Shown here piece after piece: positions 39,817 through 52,212 of a stretch of 64,000 bases of DNA. The translations under genes and the position numbers were made by a program. Position 1 is the stretch's first letter. The number at the start of each line of letters is the position of its first letter. The notes beneath the pieces were generated by a model, which was given only the letters and a program-made list of their open reading frames with translations, was not told the origin of the DNA and searched no databases. The stretch is from Leucoraja erinacea (lineage: Eukaryota), in NCBI RefSeq assembly GCF_028641065.1, contig NC_073378.1, forward strand, positions 83,886,001 through 83,950,000, given 5' to 3'.

Positions 39817-41845
39817 TTGCTCCACACTCTGTAGTAATATGATTTGTTATGTATTAGTACACAATGTGGTTTAGCTATTAGTAGTCATCGAGGTGGTTTG
39901 TTTCAGGATGGCCGAGCGCCAAAGCGACAGCAGCAAATATAACCAGCTGATCAGTGTCTAGCCAATAGAAAACGACTTTAGTTCAAAAAACTCCCTGGAG
40001 ATCCGACGACTGAGCTAGCAAAGTTACAAACAACCAAATCAGTTCTGAACTATAACAGAGGTGGTTCTAATAGAATATTAGTGGCCCAATGAGAGCCCTA
40101 TTAGGTTACAGGGTATAACTATGCATACATATTTCATATAGCCTAACACATGGAAATATGACTCCGCATTACGTATTCAACAATAGCTGGATCAACAGTG
40201 ATTAGAAGACAGATGATAGAAAATAAGAAATAGAGTAACACATTATTATTTCAGTAGATGTGTTTTATAGGAAGATGCACATGGTTAAATCACAATGGTA
40301 AGATTAGGTTAATTATTTTCATGTATTTCTTCATTTGAAATTTTCTTTATACAAGTACAATATCCCTTCAGGGTAGCTTGTGAGACTACTTGGGAAACAT
40401 CAAAATCAGTCCATGGAATATTGTTTCTATAACTATTTTAAATACGAAAAAGAACAACAGCGTCTACACGTCCTGAGATGCTCACCACCAATAGTCTGAT
40501 TTGTGCGTTCAGAAAATTCACCCTGGTAAAAAAAAGGAAAGAACATAGCAACAAGAGTATGTATTCAGGAAGATGATTTATAGATTTAATTTTGATATTC
40601 CTGTAAAGAAAATCCCAACAGAAGAGCACAACGCCATATCTCAGCTTTGAAAGATTTCACAGTAATTGTGTGTGGGAGTGATTGTTATTGCATCAGCGCT
40701 CTTCATTAAAGCGTGCATGCATCTACATGTGCATTTGGTATACAAACACTACAGTACTTCTGGGGGAAAGTATTTAACAAAACGTTCACGGAGATTATTC
40801 AAACGTCCAACCGACCTGCAAACATACAAAAGCTGGGTTTTATAGTTGATATTTCCGCATATGGCCTCCTTTCCATTAGAATGTAATTTTAATTGCACGC
40901 GATTGAAATTTGCTAATACTCCCCAAATCCCAACTTCGATTTTCCATAATTGCACGCTGTTAAGGTTTTATCGACCATAAAATAGTGGAGTGTTTCTTTT
41001 GCAATAATTAGGCATTTTTGAACATCTCGATGGAGTCATTTGTGTTTTGGAATAACAGAGCACTTACTGCGCCTTGAGCGCGGCATCGCAGTGAAAGGAC
41101 GGAAGGCAAGGGCTCCTTACTAAACATCTCATTATCTCGTTAGATTCCTGTTCTTGACAACAATAGTAACATAGAGATCGAAACATCTGAGCTGGTGTAA
41201 ACAGTACCTATATACAAAGTATGGGTTCATATATTGTAAATAAGGATAATGTAAGTGTTGTGGCAAATACAGTTGCAGTCCCTGTAACCGAACAAGAAAC
41301 AAAGCAAATTTAGGACAATGATTGCAAGTTACGGCGAGTGATAAACGCGGTTGTTTAGTAGTCTGACAATTTTGAATCTTTAAGTCATAAAAATAAATCT
41401 TTAGGGAAGGATGCTATTACATTTACTGCAAGTTGCTAAAATACCTCGAATAATTAATGTTCAGCTCTGAAAGCTTATATGTGCCTGTTTTCCCTTAAAT
41501 ATAGACCGGCTAAAATGGAATGCCTACCGAAATCAAAATCTGTAGCTGTTGGAGGTGTGAGTATAAATGCAACACGAGTGTGGAGGGAAATGTGCAAGAC
41601 CACGCTAGTTCGAATCCTCTAAATGAAAGGCCGACGCTTGCCGCTTTCCTCAGTTACTGCTGTAGTATTGTACCTTGTGTTGCAATTCTTCATGTGCCTG
41701 CTCTTGCAAATGTACATACGATTTTAATAAATTTGAAATTATCTCGTCCACGTTTGATCTTTTCTGTTTATGATTTGTTTTAGATATGATTTTAAGCTTT
41801 TGTTAATTCGTGCTTCAAGCAGTGCAGGATTTCGAAGCACCCCTT

Positions 41846-41864
41846 CCCCCCCCCCCCCCCCCCC
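41846..41864 (+). repeat. Poly-C tract (19 C)
   Basis: Read directly from the sequence. Confidence 0.85.
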
Positions 41865-44623
41865 TCTCCCCCAACTCCTCCCATCGCACAACTCTCATTG
41901 CACACTTAAATGGGATTTTTTTACATGTTGGCAAAGGATAAAAGGGTAAAATGTAATCTATGCCTATTATTTTCTATTAGATAATATAGTTAATAACCAC
42001 TTCACAATTGCTGCTGGACCATTTCTTAGGAAACTGGATAAAACCAGGCAACATAATGAGAGTATGAACACAGAATGGGGGTAAATCTCAACTGAAAAAC
42101 TCAGAACATGTATTAAACAGTAACAATTTATGTTTGTCTTGTGGACGAACACAATGTAAATCAATGTGCATACTGTACTACACTTTTCCATTATTTGGTT
42201 TTTAATTTGCTTGCATCATCTGGAAAATACAGCCCCGATTATTTTTTTTCTTCTATCGTAACTTACAAATAGATGGTAATTGGATTGGGAAAGGTTAAAA
42301 TATTACGATTCTGATTTATTCTCTCCATTGAGGTATTTGCACTTTTTTTTTGCAAACAGCAAAGCCTTCCCAATAATAACATTAAATAATATACTGCCAA
42401 CCCGTTGAATCTGGTACTTAATGCTCGGAATTTTCGCACCTTTGAAGTAAAAGAATGTCAGTCCATTCTTAAAATCAAAGTTTGCTTACTGCCAACCACG
42501 CAAATATGTAAATTAGATTTTATCATCTAGTTAATGAGAGGGGAATTTTGGCAAAGTCTTTTCGTTTTGGAGGTAATTATGGTTGGTCCAGCCTAAACAG
42601 TTGCAGCAGATGCAATTCCAGTCGTAAATACCTTTCGTTTATCGTGGCCTATTAAATATATGTAGAGCCTTAGTCTGGTGCTAATAATTAACTTAAAATG
42701 TTATAATCATTGTCCTGCCTAATAGGTATTTTGTAATATAATATAATTTAAACACACATTAAACCACGCATCGTATTTTTTTCCAAATAAAATAACGCCG
42801 CGGAAACTCTGAAATTCGAGGCCGTGATTCAAGATGGAAACCTACCTGGCACTTTATATTACTTCTTGCTGTGCCCCTTGCTTGTTAACATTTTCATTTT
42901 TATAAGATTTAATTAGAACATGAGATACTATCATCTCCTAATTATTTTCTGACAATTGCAACACTTTCCAAAAACGCAGCGTATCTTGGAAGCATTTTAA
43001 TGATGATTGTAGTATTTGCAGCCTCTGGATGTATGCAGAGTATGTTAAATAAACTATGTATATAGTATTTAAAACAAATCTTATCTGTCCACTGAAATCT
43101 CGGTTAATCGAACAAACACTGCTTTTTAACTTATTTTTAAAGCACGGGTTAATGTAACTTCGCAAAATTCTTATTAACGCTTCTTTCGCTCTCCTATCGG
43201 TATCAAAAATGCTATTTATTTCACGTTAATCACATATTATTATTAAATTTAGGACTATAATTTAGGGTTGCATGGATTTCGAGCAAACGGATCTATTTAT
43301 CTCAGTTTTCAATAATCAGAAACTCCTTAGATCTTTCATTTAGCATTTCTAAACATATCACCTGCTACGTTTCACATACATTGCGCGTAAGAGTAAAAAA
43401 AATAGATCAATATCTAAAGTGGGCGTGTTTTGCAGATGTACAAATATTCAAAATCTTTACATGATTCAAACATGCACTTCACAGGGGTGGGTGTTATTAT
43501 TCTGCGCGCAATTGAACGCCCATTCTTGAAGACCTTTAACATTTAAAACAGTAAAACAGTAACAGTAAATAAGCTGCACTCCGCACTTGAATCAAACTCA
43601 AAACATTCAGGTATGAGGTAAGCAAAATGATGATTACTGGACGAGTCCACAAAACAACTTATATAACGGTTAATTTGAGAGCTGAACTCAACCATTTAAT
43701 CAGCAACATATGATCAGAAAGAGACGCTGTGCTGGTTTATTCGCACTCCGAACACACGATGGCAGTATCAAGTCCACAACAGATAGCAAACATCAATAAC
43801 CACACATTTTCACATTTTAAGTCAGACAACACTGTTTCAGTGCCAGAAAGACAACCGCCGTGCTAAGCTCCAACAATAACAGACACGTCTATGTGCTCAC
43901 ACACGAAATAGGATGTATTTGGGTTTTTTTCCCCATTCAACACAGGAATAAACCGCTATCAATTGTGGATGGACCCTCGAAGTGAACGGCGGCAAAGAAT
44001 GCTCATTAAATAAACTGTTATCAGATCATTTTCAAATACACAATAGACATTTTTTAAAATATATATCATTTTAAACTCAAATTATATAATGTTAGAAAAG
44101 GCGATTCATAATAAATAATCAGTTGATTGATGAAAGAAACCCGTCACCATCGCTGCAACCGGCATCTTATTCATTTTAAACTTGTGGGAGAATTTTCTCG
44201 TCCTATAAAATGTGCAACAGCACTTGTTAAAATGACACAGAATTCTTCTTCAAAGCAATATCGATCAGGCAAGACATTTCACTTAATATTTGCTCCCCTT
44301 TTCCCCAAAACACTTTGAATCCATAAGCCGGTTGTCGATCAGATCAACCAGAAGGTACCGCATATTATTCACACTCATTAAAAAACAAGCACATTTCGCA
44401 ATTCCAAACCATAAAAGAAGCCACTGACAACACTCAAATAGTGTTTTTGAATGCATATCCAATGGATATTTGGAATTAGATATTTCGAAGATTGTTGTCC
44501 TTTTTACATCATATACTCTAACTTTGACAAATTAAATAATTTTAGAAAGTAGGTTTTAGCAAAATATCTTAAATATATATTTTTTTCGGAATTGCAAAGT
44601 GACCGATGACGAATGGGCCCTAC

Positions 44624-45200
44624 CTTGCCGCTGAATCGATCTCTCGGGCTGGCTTTCCCGGGCTCTGCTCAGGCCGTGCGCAGGGTTAAGTCAGCCCCAG
44701 AGAGAGTGTTTGTAGAGTCCGTGTTAGTTTGACAGCTGTCCGTTCAGCTCCAGCCCAGGCCAATGGCTCTCGCATTCCGCCAGCGGCGTTTAGTGACGAC
44801 TTGCAGGAAACTGTCCTGCGGATAGCAGCCGGCGCTTTTTAGTCCAATGCTCCACCTTCTGTGGAGGAATTCGTGGTTGCCAGCCATGAGATCTGTGCTG
44901 AAAGCTTGGATGTATTGAGGCTCCATGGGCAATAATCAGTGCGCTGGGAAGGGGAAAAAAGAACAAAATATGCGGCGAAAAAAAAGCCTCCAAGCTCTCA
45001 CATCCGAACCAAGACGCGTTTAGCACAAGAATGCAGCCCTATAGTCGCAAGGGAAATTATAAAAAGTTCATGTTCACGGTTACTCTCCACATGACTTTCA
45101 GCGGCCAATGGAAAAACCGAACAACTCGTAAAGTTCTATTGCAAAGTTGTAAATTTTCATAAAACAACAACGGATTTATGACATTTCCCCATGACTATTA
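44624..45200 (-). promoter_or_regulatory. Orphan promoter and conserved-looking element in the A6-A7 interval, with a GC-rich candidate first exon
   Basis: CACATG at 45088-45093, CCAAT at 45105-45109, dense TCGTAAA/TCATAAA/TTTATGA sites at 45126-45181, a GC-rich tract at 44620-45030, and donor AAG|GTAGGG at 44624/44623. Confidence 0.6.
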
Positions 45201-46596
45201 GGAGGCAGGTCCTAGACGCCATTTTTAACAAAGAGACAAGTTAAAATTGCGAAATTATAAAAGATTTTTTCCACAGTTTAACTATAATTTTTTCAGTTTT
45301 GGAAGACAAGTTATCATGACAATAATATCCATCTGCAAATTTTAGCTTTTTAAAAAACGGGTCAGTCCTATTTCTACACACATTCTGTTATTTAACCGTA
45401 TCAAGACGATGTTACGTTTAATCGCAGCTTTCTATCCATATTTTCTTTCCAGTTTACCATTTCCTTAAATATGCTGCAATTGGAAAATGAATATTTCCTC
45501 GCATATAATGTATGGTTCAACTTCAGGTTCTACTGCCGCAATGCATCCATCACATATTAAGATGCACTTGCCCGAACATTCGTTCAAAGATCGGCGATGA
45601 CAGTGCACTCGGCTCTTCTCCCCACTTCTTTTTTCTATTTTATATTGAATCCGAATATAAAATTATGTCCCTTTTAAAAACTTTTCTAACCGTGCTCGCA
45701 AATTGATAAATGGGCACGATTTGGAATCGAACGCTAATTACTCAAGTGTAACTTTTGCCCAAATTCCTCCCCAACTCGAACGCATCTCGACTCAATATTG
45801 TCATGCTCAGAAAAATATCTGGCCAATTAAAATCACACTCACGCAGTTTTAATAATCTATTTTCCTTACATGGGGTTCAATTAAACTTTAAAAGCGTTGT
45901 TTCATTTTATGTCATTAAAATCAGATTACTTGAATATGAGGGGGTACGGTGTGTGGGGATTATGAGTAAAATTTCTGACAGTTTATATTCAATTCCTGTC
46001 AGTAATTATTTAACCCAAGCCTTTATCCGAATCATATACCCACTCATTTGGTGGGAGGTGTTTGGATGCGACAAGAAATCCAGACCATATTTATTTAAGC
46101 ACCGTTTAATGTTTTTTTTGACGTTTGTTTTCTTACATTGTTTCCATTCAAAGTATACATGTCGAGAACGAATATATATATTTTAAATAGATTGCACCTT
46201 AAACCGTTAACATTGGTTATTATTGAACAACACATACACAGATTACAAAGCAAACTTTCGATTGACAAATACCACACCGAATATGGAACCACAATATATT
46301 CAGTTGACAATGCAGTTCGGGTTTTCTATTATTACATTTGGTTATTACATGTTTTTATATAATTTAAACAGTGCACATGTCTAAGACAACTGATACAACA
46401 CTTGAGGAAACACGATTACACCATTCAATAGTACATGGTTTATTGAAATCTTTAGCAGGTATATATTTTAATGACATCCATCAAAAAGTAATAATGCAAT
46501 TTCTCCCGCCTAATACAACTATTTTACTTTTTACAGCATAGTATTGAAGCGTATTGCGAAAGGAATCCATTCGCGTTAAACGTAAACGGGTATCTC

Positions 46597-47599
46597 TAGG
46601 TAGTATTCACTATTTTCCTGTAATAAAGTGGCTACATACACACCTCATTAAAATACACACATCGGAATATATTTCACTATTTTACTCTCATATTATGGTA
46701 CTGTTATAAGAAGGGCGGGTATTCAAGCCCCCAGAACAACATTCTCTGTCTAGAAACGAATTTTAAATTAAAACATTTAGGTAGTTTCAATAAACGTGCA
46801 AGATGTCCACTATTGTGGTTTAGGTAGTTACATTTATTTGCCAAGTGAAAACAGAACATTGCTTTATATCCTTATTGGGACGATACATATATGAAATAAA
46901 AGACACACTCAAAACACAATGAAGAATGTTGGTAAAAAACGAGGAATTGAGCAAAAATAAAGTATTTTACTCATGACCGTCTTCTATCATGACTAATAAT
47001 AGGTGATAGGCTGGTTCGGAGGTTTCCCATTGGATTTGAAAGAAGCTTCTAAAATCATAACGGTCTTATTTTGTGAACAATGTGCAGAAATGTTTTAAAT
47101 GCGTTCAGAATGTGAATTAATGAGGATGAAATAAGTTTGATGAATGGCTCAGTGCATGAGATATATCTAATATCACATAGTGGTAAGTGACTTACAGACA
47201 ACAATGGCTACAGCTTGTTTTTTTAGGCTCATATTTTTCCTATCGCTACAGTATTAGACCCAGAGTCGAATCCCAGTCTCTTATTTACGTGGAGTGCATG
47301 GATTAAGAACTATATTCCCATTAATGCATTTATTGCAACAAGAGACCGTCAAATTAGCTAGGGAAAATATATGACGACCGGGAAAATGGTCTAAATCCAT
47401 TGGCTTTCACTTTAATTCTGAACCCATTTCCGAATAATTGTTTTACTATTGCCGATAAAGATTTTGCATTTTTTTTATTAAAACCAAATCAGAGAAAGTA
47501 AAGTTAGTTTTTATTTCAGAAGATTATTGAAACATATAGGTAGTATAATGAGTGCCACTGCACTGCATCGTTTAATAGTCCACGATTGTGATAGGTAGT
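46597..47599 (-). promoter_or_regulatory. Five 8-mer miR-196 target sites downstream of the HoxA7 stop
   Basis: Plus-strand TAGGTAGT (mRNA ACUACCUA) at 46597, 46778, 46821, 47537 and 47592. Confidence 0.8.
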
Positions 47600-47668
47600 C
47601 AAATGTCATAGTTAGCTGGTGGAAAACAGCTTTGCACATTCGCACAGTTCAAGCTTTAGCCGGACGTC

Positions 47669-48055
<387 letters not shown>

Positions 48056-48681
48056 TTAAATAGTGATGAATTGTTTTAAGATGCAAAAGAGCAATCTTGA
48101 TCGAAGCGATTACTTCTTCCAACCATGTATTTAAAGACCAAGATTATTTAACAAGGTTGAGTAAGGCCTCTGTGGTCTTCAAGTATTGTCATTGAATATT
48201 AGTGTTGAGTGAAATAAGGTTAGAGTTCTCCACATTTCACTCAGATGACAGCGATGGTAATAATTCCGACCAAGAAATTACAGGTAAATTAAGTCTTAAA
48301 CTTCCAGATAAGATGCTTCGAGAGTTGACTTGTTCAATACAAGCAGAATCACAGAAATCCACTTCACTGGCCAGACCACTTGCATTATGGTACTAAATGG
48401 TGCTATTTAATCACGAAAACACATATATAAGAGATGAAGCTTTACAGAAGTCAATGGATCTTCCTTGAGACTATATAGATAGATAGATATATATATATAT
48501 TCAGTTTCTCGACGTTGTTTTAGGTTTTAAGTTACATTAGGCATGGAATATCTCATCCCACTCGCCCGAGTATATTGTTTCCCGCGTATCTGTTTAAAAA
48601 AACTTATTTGATGTTGATAAAAGTGAGTAAATAAGCAATATGTGCCTTGCTGTTAACTTTAAATGAGCGGATGTCGAGTGC

Positions 48682-48730
48682 TTTTACGAGGATTGTACTG
48701 ATTAATTGTGCAATAAAACTTTTATGATTG
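48682..48730. promoter_or_regulatory. HB1-type homeodomain-site cluster in the HoxA7 intron
   Basis: TTTACGA, ATTAAT, CAATAAA and TTTATGA within 45 bp. Confidence 0.55.
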
Positions 48731-48876
48731 CTATCTGCATACAATGCCACATGCGTTTGAGGAACTGTTCCGTAGCTATCATTAAAACTCTTTAACTACT
48801 TTCAGGATGTACTGGCACTCATCTTAACTGGCCGTTTGCACGTCTCCCATAGCCATGTTACATTTATGTCCCATAC

Positions 48877-49270
48877 CTGCATTCCTCATCCAGGGGTAAA
48901 TCCGGAAATTGCTCTCTGCTTGAGGGTGCACGTTTGTCTGATCCAATTTTTCGCAGCCCTGTTTGCTCAGATCGCTGCAAAGTACTGGAATGTTCTGGTC
49001 TAAGGCAGAGCAGCGCAGGTTGTAGGAATCTGAATTTAGGTTATAACCTGTGTTGTACATGGAAGGGCCGTGATAGATTGCACTGTTAACATTGTACAGC
49101 CCGGCCATCGGGGTTGGGAAGGCGCTCGCGCCCGCTCCATAGCTCGATCTTTGTGAGTTCGCAGCAAAGGCGCAAGAAGTTGCTTCTGAAAAGCCACTCG
49201 TGTTCTGGAAAACGGATGTCCCCGCCGTATATTTGGGAAAAAGAGCATTCACATAATACGACGAACTCAT
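48877..49270 (-). CDS. hoxa7: HoxA7 exon 1
   Basis: MSSSYYVNALFPKYTAG and NFRIYPWMR. Donor CAG|GTATGG at 48877/48876. 394 nt, phase 1. Confidence 0.96.
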
Positions 49271-49400
49271 AATTTTGTCTGGTGATTTGTTGGCCGAGAC
49301 TCTTCAGTGTCGGTTTTACGAGATAGCGTGATATATGGCAGCATTACACCCCCGATTTACACCAAACACCCATTTTCCTTCGGCCCGACTTATTTCTATT

Positions 49401-49434
49401 CACGTGACCCGACCATGTGATCCCGTCACCCAAT
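49401..49434 (-). promoter_or_regulatory. HoxA7 proximal promoter (two E-boxes plus CCAAT)
   Basis: CACGTG at 49401, CATGTG at 49414 and CCAAT at 49430. Confidence 0.65.
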
Positions 49435-51181
49435 AGCATCTCACATCACAGGTGGTAAATATCATGTTATTCGACTATTTTCAAAATAAATTATGCAAGA
49501 ATCATATAAAATATTACATTATTAATAAAGATGGGTTGTGGAACTTTCCAAAAGTAAGTATCTTCTAACAAGTTCATGACAAGTCAACCCCCCACACGTA
49601 TGTGGAAAATTTCACAGCGCAGGTATGTTCCCAACGCTTTTGAATATGAGATGCACGATGAATTTGGAAATGTAATGAAAGGTTTTCTTTGACACAAAAA
49701 AAAAAGAGACATGCTGATTTGACCATAGAAATAAGCAAGATTCGTGCACAGAAAAATATCGATCAACATTAGCAAGTCCTTTCTGCAATTTGCTTTAAAA
49801 AACGATTAAATGGTTTCAATTAAAAGACAAGCGCTCTTCCATTGTCCCTCACACCCCCTGCGCGAGTTTGCTGTTATTTCAGCAATATGAAATCCTGCAG
49901 GAATCTGGGGGGTGGTGGGAGTTAGGTAGGGGCTGGGGACCTGTGGTACTGCAACCTTGCTGAATTACTGATTAGGGTTCATCTAATCTCTAGATTACAG
50001 GATAATCTACGTGGTTTTAGTGAGGACTAGAAATGGGAGAGGTATAAACCGCAGTAATGCTGCAAGGGGATTGGGCGGGGCATCACTGAGAAATCAGCTC
50101 CTGCTAGGAGCTCTCCATCTTTTTATAGATCCAGTCATGTTTGTATATTGATTTACTGAAATACATAACTTCATTTTGTAAACTACCGCACTTCCTCTGC
50201 CGTTTCAATGCTACCGCTATTCCGTGGAAACCTCTTGGAGTTGCTAGGTAATCTGACTAGATCCCCGCAGGGGATTGAACCCGGCATCATTTCCTCCTTT
50301 TGTTTTACAACTTTTTACTCTGTCTCCTTTCTCTCAGTAGATCATGGAAGGTGTCTCCGAAAACAGTTTCCTTGCAATTGCGACAGTTACTCTACTTTGG
50401 CTTTGGTTACTTCCTAGCGGAATTGTTGTCTTAATGCACAAGATTCAGAGTTATATTTGTTCGATGTTACACGTAGGCAAGGAAACCCAGGCCACTGTAT
50501 TTACAGCAGATACACAACGATGCACCTGGTACGTTTAAAGTAAAGGCTTATTGCAATAAAATATGTTTCTGCATTTGCGTCTGAAACCCTTAAGGAAGTA
50601 TAAGCTCATATTATTAACTGCGATTTTCTTTTGAACTCTGGGTCTCTTCGGCTAGAGGCAGTGCTAGTTTTATGCAGAAAGGCTTTCCACCAGCGATGAT
50701 GTTTTATCGGGAGATTATTGGATTGCATTCGTCCCTCGCTCGTTAAAAGAACAATCTTTAGTTAATATACCTCCAGCCTATAAAACTGTCGGCAATCTCC
50801 ATGTTTCCTGTACATACCTAAAACGAAACGGCGTGCTAATGTAAATATCTCTGAAACGCATGAAGGAGGGCTTTGTCTTCTAAACTTTTCATACCTTACA
50901 AATGATTTAAAATAAATCCGAAGTCGAGCTGTAAACGATTTTAGTAGTGCGACGGAATGCCAGTTGATTGTTTAAAAATAAAAAAAATAAGTTTAATTAA
51001 AATTAGTTAGGGAAATACATAGCATGGGGTTGTAGAGCAGAGAATATATAACACATAACGTGTAAAACAGTCATATTTTCGAAGTTTAAACATTGCTCGC
51101 TGAAAATAGGTTACCGCTACCGATTTTGCTTAGATTGGATCTAACGGCTCTCCGACGAAAACACGAGTCAAAGGAAGCGGG

Positions 51182-51221
51182 TAATGGAATAAAAACTAAT
51201 GGAATTAAAACTAATGGAATT
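51182..51221 (+). repeat. 15-bp tandem repeat, about 2.7 copies
   Basis: TAATGGAATAAAAAC TAATGGAATTAAAAC TAATGGAATT. Confidence 0.8.
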
Positions 51222-51906
51222 CAACTGAATAAAATCTGCAATCCGTCCAAGTAATCCTACTTTAATAAAAAACAAAAAAAAATGCCCTTAAATTAAGTCA
51301 AAATGTGCAAAGATCACCGTCACTTCTCAAAGTTGCATATATTAATTTCCAAATAATATGCAGCAGGATTTTGCCAAAACTGTTTTTTCCACTTATATTT
51401 GGTACTTTATTTCCCCATTTCCCAGGAATTCTAGTTTCGCCGTACTATTGCCCTTTGAACATTGCGACCGCGTTGCCCTAGATGCACGTTCATATATTTG
51501 GCTAAAATTATAACACTCTATCCTGCATATTAAGTCCGATTGTATTGGAGTATCTAATAAAATTGTGTATTCGCTAATAAAACACTGATATTGTTTGTGT
51601 AGCAATAATGTTAAATTCTTATTTTCTTTTATTACCAGGAGTCAGTGGATGCATTTTACGCAGCATCGTTGTTTCACAGATCGAATTGAAGAAAGTACCG
51701 AAACAAAGAAAGCGAAATACATTTCAATGCCATTATACAAAAGTATCGTGGCAGTAACTCCATACATTACCGAATATTGTAGAAATAAAAATGTGGTTTA
51801 TAAATTTTTGCGAGTATCAGCAATGTTGTTGTTATATTCTCAGCAGAATCGGCATATTTGATTTTTCACGATGGAAAAATCGATAAATATTCAATTACTA
51901 ACAATT

Positions 51907-52212
51907 NNNNNNNNNNNNNNNNNNNNNNNNNNNNNNNNNNNNNNNNNNNNNNNNNNNNNNNNNNNNNNNNNNNNNNNNNNNNNNNNNNNNNNNNNNNNNN
52001 NNNNNNNNNNNNNNNNNNNNNNNNNNNNNNNNNNNNNNNNNNNNNNNNNNNNNNNNNNNNNNNNNNNNNNNNNNNNNNNNNNNNNNNNNNNNNNNNNNNN
52101 NNNNNNNNNNNNNNNNNNNNNNNNNNNNNNNNNNNNNNNNNNNNNNNNNNNNNNNNNNNNNNNNNNNNNNNNNNNNNNNNNNNNNNNNNNNNNNNNNNNN
52201 NNNNNNNNNNNN
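51907..52212. other. Assembly gap (N run)
   Basis: 306 N. Confidence 1.

Noticed and set aside
46778-46800. Plus-strand TAGGTAGTTTCA as a miR-196 gene
   Set aside because: The match ends after 12 nt with no fold-back arm; better explained as a target site in the minus-strand HoxA7 UTR.
50261-50282. tRNA or SINE B-box-like GGGTTCAATCCC (minus strand) with a small hairpin; similar GTTCGAATCC near 41608
   Set aside because: No A-box at proper spacing, no cloverleaf, no tail or target-site duplication; could be chance.
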